Assembly: GCA_037141375.1 (NCBI GenBank)
Contig: JBAXCT010000001.1
Coordinates: 1 to 38,582 of the forward strand
Source of the DNA: Chthoniobacterales bacterium
Lineage (GTDB): Bacteria; Verrucomicrobiota; Verrucomicrobiia; Chthoniobacterales; JACTMZ01
Length of the DNA: 38,582 nucleotides
Direction of reading: 5' to 3'
The notes below the pieces were generated by a model. That model was not told the origin of the DNA and searched no databases. It saw only the letters and a list, made by a program, of their open reading frames with translations. A program made the position numbers and the translations under genes. This document shows, one piece after another, positions 32,970 through 38,582 of the stretch (its first letter is position 1; each line of letters begins with the position of its first letter).

Positions 32970-35564
32970 ATGATAAAGCTTTTTTGCACGCTCGTCCTCG
33001 CCCTCTCATTCCATTCGGCGACGCTCTTTGCGGGCACCGGCGCAGGCGACGGAGCGGCTTCCATCCTTGAGACCGCTGGCGATCGTGAGATCAGCCGACG
33101 CCAAGAGAATCTGGTTGTGGCCGAAGAGGCATTGAAGAGCGGCGATGCGGCTCTGCAGCGCAACGACCTTGCCTCCGCCTACGAACAATACAAACGTGCC
33201 GTGGAACTTGTTCCGCAAGGATCCGAAACGGCTGGGCTACATGGCCGAGCAGTTTCCCGCTTTTCCTCCACCGCAGTTCGCTACGCAGAATACCTTGTGA
33301 GTCAGGGCGACTATGCCAAGGCCGAGTCGGTGGCCCGCGGGGTGCTTGAGCCCGCCTATAATCCGGATTACCGCCCGGCGGCCGTGTTCCTCAGTCGTCT
33401 GGAACAGCCGGATTATTTCAACAAGACGATCACACCATCATTTGCACAAGAACGCGAAGAGGTGAGTCAACTTCTCGGCGATGCCAACGGATTCTATGAT
33501 TCCGGACGCTACGACATGGCCCAAAAACGCTATCAACAAGCTCTAGCTCTGGATAAGGACAACGCCGCAGCTTATCGGGGCCTTGAGCAAGTCGAAGTCG
33601 GCAAGCAGCGCTACTACGAATCAGCTTACAATGAGACACGCTCGCGTATGCTTTGGCAGGTGGAAAAAGCATGGGCGCGGCCCAAACAAGTATACAACGA
33701 CTCGCGTGTCACCGATGGAGCAAACTCCGAGCAAGACAGGCGTGGCACCGAGTTGATGATCGCAAGACTCAACCAGATCATCGTTCCGTCCGTAAACTTT
33801 CAAGATGCAACGATTCAAGATGCCATGGCCTTCCTTCGCCAAAAAAGCCGGGAACTGGGTGATACCGACCAGAACAGCCGGGGCATCAACATTCTCCTGA
33901 AACTTCCATCGGGATCTGCAGCCCTGCGCGCCACTGGCGACCCTGCTTCAGATCAGGGATCTGCTCCGTCTGCGTTCAATGATCGAATAACGCTGCATCT
34001 AAGCAACGTACCGCTTTACGAGGTACTTCGATACATCGCCACACTCTCGGGCCTTAAAGTAAAAGTAGAGCCATTTGCCGTTTCGGTTGTGCCCCTCTCG
34101 GAAGTCACCGAAACCTTGGCGGTCAGAGAGTTCAAGGTGCCCCCTGGTTTTATCACGGCAGGGGCTACAGGGGGTGCTGATGCGACGGGACCGCAGGCTG
34201 GCTCGGCTGGCGCGGATGCAAACACAGCAAAGCTCGCAAACCGGCAAACCGCAAAGGACTTCCTTGAATCACAAGGTGTACAATTCCCGGTCGGAGCTAG
34301 CGCGCGCTTTATTCCCGGAAGCAGTAAACTTGTTGTCCGGAACACCGCCGACAACCTCGACCTGATCGAATCCCTCGTCGACGCGGCCATGGGTGATCAG
34401 CCAACCCAAGTGGAAATCGAAGCCAAGTTTGTGGAAGTTTCGCAGAACAACCTCAAGGAGCTTGGCTTCGATTGGAGGCTGGGACCTTTTGCTATCGGTG
34501 ACTCCGGCGTCTACGGAGCGGGCGGAGATGCGGGCAATGCGGCAGCGGTGCCGTTCATTAACCCCGGGACTGGTGGCGCGATCGGGGGCAGTTCAGTAAC
34601 GAGTGGACTCCGCTCTGGCAACTCCGCCATTTCTGCGAACAGTCTGGGCGCACTGCTCGGGCAGGGACTTGGCGGTGCGGGTCCGTCACCGGCCATCTTC
34701 TCGATCGCCGGCATCTTCACCAATCCGCAATTTCAAGTGGTGATTCGCGCGCTCAACCAGAAAAAAGGCGTCGATTTGATGGCCGCCCCGAAAGTGACGA
34801 CCAAAAGCGGACAGAAAGCCACGATCACGATCAGTCGCGAGTTTCCCTACCCGCAACAATACGAACCGCCCCAAATCCCGCAGGACAGCTCTGGCGGGAA
34901 CGTCGTCAATGGTAATGCGGGTGGGAACACAGCGGACCCCGTGGTTACACCCAGCTTCCCAACAGACTTCACGACGCGCGACTTGGGAGTTACCCTTGAA
35001 GTGGAACCGCAAATAGGGCCCGATGGATACACAATCGATCTCACTCTCTCTCCTGAAGTTGTCGACTTCGATGGGTTCATCAACTACGGATCCCCTATTT
35101 CTGTGCCAAGTCGGACTTTTTTAGGGCAACAAGTAGCACGCGATGCCAATGACTTAATCCTCGGAGTTTTCGACGTCTTCACTCCAACAACCCCGCGAAT
35201 CTTGACCGAAAACGTCATCAACCAACCTATCTTCAGCAAACGCAAAGTAACAACCAATGTCAGCATCTGGGACGGTCAGACCGTAGTTCTTGGGGGACTC
35301 ATTCGGGAGGATGTGCAAAAGGTCAGCGATAAGGTGCCGATTTTGGGAGACATCCCGCTGGCCGGAACCCTGTTCCGCTCCCAAGTGGACCAAAAGATCA
35401 AGCGAAACTTGATCATTTTCACCACCGCACGATTGATGGATGCTGCAGGGCAACTTTTGAGGCCCCAAGATGATTCGGATCAGGAGGAAATCGTGGATCC
35501 TGTCGGCCTACCCAAGGACCTTTCCAAACCTTCGCTAAATCCCAAGAGCTTCAGCAGAAAATAG
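32970..35564 (+). CDS. secretin with N-terminal TPR-like region, copy 2 (paralogue of copy 1)
   Basis: Track ORF trimmed to the ATG at 32970 (MIKLFCTLVLALSFHSATLFA|GT), 864 aa. It has the same domain order as copy 1. Matching blocks are YNPDYRPA, LEQPDYFNKTITP, YDSGRY, AKDFLESQGVQFP, QVEIEAKFVEVSQNNLKELGFDW, PQFQVVIRALNQKKG, APKVTTKSG, GDIPLAGTLFRS and NLIIFTTARL. Confidence 0.9.
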   Translation: MIKLFCTLVLALSFHSATLFAGTGAGDGAASILETAGDREISRRQENLVVAEEALKSGDAALQRNDLASAYEQYKRAVELVPQGSETAGLHGRAVSRFSSTAVRYAEYLVSQGDYAKAESVARGVLEPAYNPDYRPAAVFLSRLEQPDYFNKTITPSFAQEREEVSQLLGDANGFYDSGRYDMAQKRYQQALALDKDNAAAYRGLEQVEVGKQRYYESAYNETRSRMLWQVEKAWARPKQVYNDSRVTDGANSEQDRRGTELMIARLNQIIVPSVNFQDATIQDAMAFLRQKSRELGDTDQNSRGINILLKLPSGSAALRATGDPASDQGSAPSAFNDRITLHLSNVPLYEVLRYIATLSGLKVKVEPFAVSVVPLSEVTETLAVREFKVPPGFITAGATGGADATGPQAGSAGADANTAKLANRQTAKDFLESQGVQFPVGASARFIPGSSKLVVRNTADNLDLIESLVDAAMGDQPTQVEIEAKFVEVSQNNLKELGFDWRLGPFAIGDSGVYGAGGDAGNAAAVPFINPGTGGAIGGSSVTSGLRSGNSAISANSLGALLGQGLGGAGPSPAIFSIAGIFTNPQFQVVIRALNQKKGVDLMAAPKVTTKSGQKATITISREFPYPQQYEPPQIPQDSSGGNVVNGNAGGNTADPVVTPSFPTDFTTRDLGVTLEVEPQIGPDGYTIDLTLSPEVVDFDGFINYGSPISVPSRTFLGQQVARDANDLILGVFDVFTPTTPRILTENVINQPIFSKRKVTTNVSIWDGQTVVLGGLIREDVQKVSDKVPILGDIPLAGTLFRSQVDQKIKRNLIIFTTARLMDAAGQLLRPQDDSDQEEIVDPVGLPKDLSKPSLNPKSFSRK

Positions 35565-35630
35565 CGACAGCGTGGAGGCGGGAAACTCCGAATGCTGCAC
35601 CTCTGTGGGGTGAGACATCCTTCAAACGTT

Positions 35631-36221
35631 ATGACCATCGGCCTGACCGGGGGTATTGCCTGCGGAAAATCCACCTTCGTTCGGGCTCTGTCCGCTTGCC
35701 ATGGATTTGAACATTTCTCGGCTGACGAGTGCGTGCATCAATTGCTTGCCTCTGATCCTTGCCTCATCAAGGCGGTATCTGACGCCTTCGGCCCGGAGGT
35801 CATAGATGCCGGCGGTCACGTGAACCGCCCGGCCCTCCGCGGCATTGTGTTCGTTGATGCGGTCGCCCGCCGCAAGTTGGAGGCGATCCTTCACCCTGTG
35901 GTCCGTGGACGATGGCAGACCCAACTCCAAAATTGCCACGCCTCGGGCAGACATTTTCTCGCCGATATTCCCCTGCTTTTCGAAACCGGGTCCGAGCGCT
36001 CCTTTGGGCAGATTGTGGTCGTCGCCGCCTCCACGCAGGTCCAGAGGGCCAGACTGGCCACCAGAGGGCTGCAATCAGCCATAGCTGAGGCTATGCTTGC
36101 CAGCCAAGCTCCCATCAGGCAAAAGATAGACCAAGCCAGCATCGTGGTATGGAACGATGGCAATGAGTCCTCGCTCCACCGTCAGGCTTCGCTTGCCGCC
36201 GAATTGCTTTTCGCAACCTGA
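35631..36221 (+). CDS. coaE: dephospho-CoA kinase
   Basis: Track ORF trimmed to the ATG at 35631 (MTIGLTGGIACGKST, a P-loop at the canonical N-terminal position). DIPLLFE and ILHP blocks are present; 196 aa. Confidence 0.9.
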   Translation: MTIGLTGGIACGKSTFVRALSACHGFEHFSADECVHQLLASDPCLIKAVSDAFGPEVIDAGGHVNRPALRGIVFVDAVARRKLEAILHPVVRGRWQTQLQNCHASGRHFLADIPLLFETGSERSFGQIVVVAASTQVQRARLATRGLQSAIAEAMLASQAPIRQKIDQASIVVWNDGNESSLHRQASLAAELLFAT

Positions 36222-36223
36222 GC

Positions 36224-37558
36224 ATGTCAGCTTCAGCCATCACAGACTCTAAAACTGCACCCTTTGCTGCCGCTTTCCCGGCTACGGTTGAGGAGTTAAA
36301 CGGTTTTTGCCTCTCGATAAACGGCCTGCAAGCGCTCGGCCATTCGGAGTTGTCAGACCTGCTGCAGAAATACCAGCTCCGGGTGCGGCCCGATGGGACC
36401 AAGCGCTATCTAATTTTCGACCTTTGCCGGTTCTTGTTGGCGTCTGGGGCGATTATTTCGGCGGAAGGCATGATCGAGGACCTCGGAGATCACTCAATGG
36501 TCCGATGGCCCTGCTGGAACTTTGCGCCCGGTCCCGATGACCTTTTTGTTTCGATCAGTTTCGTCCGGGAGTTCGGACTCCAAACAGGCCTGAAAATCAC
36601 GGGCACCTTGCGCCCCCCCGGGGAACGTGACCGCTACTGCGGGCTCGCGTCCATTTCCATGATCGAGGGAATACCCTCAGAGGAGTGGCAACCGGTTACC
36701 CCCTTCGACAAGCTCACTCCGTTGTTTCCGCAAGAGAGAATTCTGCTCGAGGCGGTTAAACAGCCCTCTCTCAGCGCCCGCGCGGTGGATCTGATCGCCC
36801 CGCTGGGAAAAGGACAACGCGCACTCATTGTAGCCCCGCCTCGCACCGGAAAAACGATCCTCATGCGCGACATCGCCAAAGCCATTCGCTCTACCTCGCC
36901 GTCCGTAAAGTTGATCCTTCTCCTTGTCGATGAACGCCCGGAAGAGGTCACTGATCTGCGTCGCTCGATCGATGCGGACATCTACAGTTCGACTTTCGAC
37001 GAGTCTCCTGAGCGACACACCCAGCTGGCGGAATTTGTCAGCGAACGAGCCAAACGTCTTGTCGAACTTGGCCACGATGTGGTCATTCTTCTCGACAGCA
37101 TCACGCGTTTGGCTCGCGGCTACAACAATCTGGAACCCGGTAAAGGGCGCATCATGTCCGGGGGCGTGGATGCCAAGGCCCTCATGAAGCCGAAAAGATT
37201 CTTCGGGGCAGCCCGAAATACAGAGGAGGGAGGCAGCTTGACAATCGTTGCCACCGCTCTGGTCGAGACGCAGAGCAGGATGGATGACTTGATCTTCGAG
37301 GAATTCAAGGGCACCGGCAACATGGAGGTGCACCTCGATCGGACCATCGCCGACACGCGAGTCTTTCCCGCAATCCATGTCACCAAATCCGCCACCCGGC
37401 GCGAAGAGAACCTTTATCATCCGGACGAATTGGCGAGGATCATCGTTTTGCGCAAGCAACTGAACGAGCTGCCTGCCGTCGAGGCCATGGAGGTTCTCCT
37501 GCGGAATCTCGAGAAAACAAAGACCAATGCTGAGCTGCTGCTGCGCGGTCTGCGATGA
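36224..37558 (+). CDS. rho: transcription termination factor Rho
   Basis: 444 aa. Walker A is [11 protein letters not shown]. Other Rho blocks are [26 protein letters not shown] and [25 protein letters not shown]. It starts 2 nt after the coaE stop. Confidence 0.96.
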   Translation: MSASAITDSKTAPFAAAFPATVEELNGFCLSINGLQALGHSELSDLLQKYQLRVRPDGTKRYLIFDLCRFLLASGAIISAEGMIEDLGDHSMVRWPCWNFAPGPDDLFVSISFVREFGLQTGLKITGTLRPPGERDRYCGLASISMIEGIPSEEWQPVTPFDKLTPLFPQERILLEAVKQPSLSARAVDLIAPLGKGQRALIVAPPRTGKTILMRDIAKAIRSTSPSVKLILLLVDERPEEVTDLRRSIDADIYSSTFDESPERHTQLAEFVSERAKRLVELGHDVVILLDSITRLARGYNNLEPGKGRIMSGGVDAKALMKPKRFFGAARNTEEGGSLTIVATALVETQSRMDDLIFEEFKGTGNMEVHLDRTIADTRVFPAIHVTKSATRREENLYHPDELARIIVLRKQLNELPAVEAMEVLLRNLEKTKTNAELLLRGLR

Positions 37559-37561
37559 GAC

Positions 37562-38299
37562 ATGACCGCCGACATCCACGCGCAAGACCTCGTCGCAGCC
37601 GATCTGGGTACGCACATGAATCCGCTCGAGCGGCGGATCGGCTACAAGTTCCGCAACTCCCTGCTCTTGGCGGAAGCGCTCACCCACCCCAGCCTGTCCT
37701 TTGAGCGCAAAACATTCCACTTTGATAACCAGCGACTGGAGTTTCTTGGCGATGCGGTTCTGCAACTTGTCGTGACCCATCACCTTTACCGCCTGTTTCC
37801 AACCTTCAATGAAGGACAAATGACCAAGCTGCGATCCCGCTTGGTCTCACGAGAGGGCCTGAAGCAACATGCAACTCGTATCGGCCTTGGCGACTATCTC
37901 ATGCTCGGCCGTGGAGAGGATTCCTCCGCTGGGCGGGAGCGGGCTTCGACACTCGCCGATGCCTTTGAGGCCTTGGTTGGTGCGATCTACCTCGACAGCG
38001 ATCTTGAAACCGTACGGCGGTTCGTGCTCCGCGTTGCGGGCGACGAGTTGACCGCCCTTCGCAAGGAACCCGCCGAACACAACCCCAAAGGCGAGCTGCA
38101 GGAGATTCTCCAGGCCATCTCGCCCCGCAGTGTTATTTACGAGGTTGTCTCGGAAACTGGTCCCGACCACCACAAGGAATTTGTCAGCCGGGCAATGTGG
38201 GAAAATAAGGAGATTGGCCGCGGCTGCGGACAAAGCAAAAAGCAAGCGGAGATCAATGCAGCGGCCGAAGCCCTGTTCGGGCGGCGGTGGCAGTCCTGA
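37562..38299 (+). CDS. rnc: ribonuclease III
   Basis: The RNase III signature is NQRLEFLGDAVL, with a dsRBD at the C-terminus (KGELQEILQ...GQSKKQAEINAAAEAL). An alternative start at 37616 (MNPLERRIGYKF...) gives the more canonical length. Confidence 0.92.
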   Translation: MTADIHAQDLVAADLGTHMNPLERRIGYKFRNSLLLAEALTHPSLSFERKTFHFDNQRLEFLGDAVLQLVVTHHLYRLFPTFNEGQMTKLRSRLVSREGLKQHATRIGLGDYLMLGRGEDSSAGRERASTLADAFEALVGAIYLDSDLETVRRFVLRVAGDELTALRKEPAEHNPKGELQEILQAISPRSVIYEVVSETGPDHHKEFVSRAMWENKEIGRGCGQSKKQAEINAAAEALFGRRWQS

Positions 38300-38300
38300 C

Positions 38301-38582
38301 TCAGGACTGGTATTCCTGCAGCGACTTGACGCCGTAGCCGTCCAACTTGGTCGCTTTGATCGCCCTGGCGCTCATGCGGGCCGCGCGAAGAGTCGTCATG
38401 ATCGGGATACGACTCGCGACGGCTGCGCTGCGGATCGACACCTCATCTTGCCGGGGCGCTTTACCGTGCGGAGTATTGATAATAAAGTGAATTTCGCCAT
38501 TTTTGATCAGATCCAGCACATGCGGACGCCCCTCCGAAAGTCGGTAGACCAGTTGTGCCGAGAGTCCAGCCTCCTCCAAAAC
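38301..38582 (-). CDS. carB: carbamoyl-phosphate synthase large subunit, C-terminal MGS-like domain (5' part outside window)
   Basis: The minus-strand frame is open to the window edge. The pattern ...LEEAGLSAQLVYRLSEGRPHVLDLIKNGEIHFIINTPHG...IRSAAVASRIPIMTTL matches the allosteric/MGS-like end of CarB. Stop at 38301-38303. Confidence 0.8.
   Translation of the reverse strand, partial: VLEEAGLSAQLVYRLSEGRPHVLDLIKNGEIHFIINTPHGKAPRQDEVSIRSAAVASRIPIMTTLRAARMSARAIKATKLDGYGVKSLQEYQS

Noticed and set aside
36677-37819. Minus-strand ORF of 380 aa
   Set aside because: It is antisense to rho and the start of rnc, both of which are unambiguous.
1-38582. Looked for tRNA/rRNA/tmRNA/RNase P-like sequences, CRISPR repeats, IS elements, integrases, phage or toxin-antitoxin/defence genes, and intergenic repeat families
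   Set aside because: I saw no T-loop/acceptor-type tRNA architecture in any gap. The GGTTCGA-like strings at ~650 and ~11113 are inside metX and ppdK. There are no regularly spaced direct repeats, no transposase or integrase-like ORFs, and no motif shared between intergenic regions. A tRNAscan-SE/Infernal/ISfinder run would be the definitive check.

Overview
High-GC (~60% by hand counts on sample lines) chromosomal window with about 33 protein-coding genes. I found no rRNA or tRNA genes, no CRISPR array and no transposase or integrase. Several protein families (an H-X9-DG-type pseudopilin, an Amuc_1100-type protein, a PilM-PilN fusion) point to a Verrucomicrobiota/PVC genome; this is inference only. 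Bases 1-25.7 kb are mostly housekeeping: a partial MATE exporter, metY-metX, a two-gene secreted-protein/pseudopilin operon, a complete mlaEFDCA operon, bioA, ppdK, a secreted EEP nuclease, gltA, an M50/CBS protease, an SLC13 permease, an HdeD-like protein, a class A PBP, aroD-trpD and a lone polyprenyl-phosphate sugar transferase. The stand-out is 26.1-35.6 kb, a tightly packed same-strand six-gene cluster. It encodes a secreted protein, a PilM-PilN fusion, an Amuc_1100-like (PilO-position) protein, a membrane-anchored PilP-position protein and two tandem paralogous secretins with TPR-like N-termini. This matches the gene order of the poorly understood Akkermansia Amuc_1102-1098 'pili-like' locus. 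The window contains no ATPase, platform protein, prepilin peptidase or linked pilin, and the secretin is duplicated. The cluster runs without a visible terminator into coaE-rho-rnc; the 3' end of carB lies on the opposite strand at the window edge. Smaller observations: a hairpin sequestering the start codon of the secreted-protein gene, a structured metY leader, two clear intrinsic terminators, and a GC dip over the cluster. All similarity statements come from reading the translations by eye and from recalled family signatures. No alignment or database search was run.
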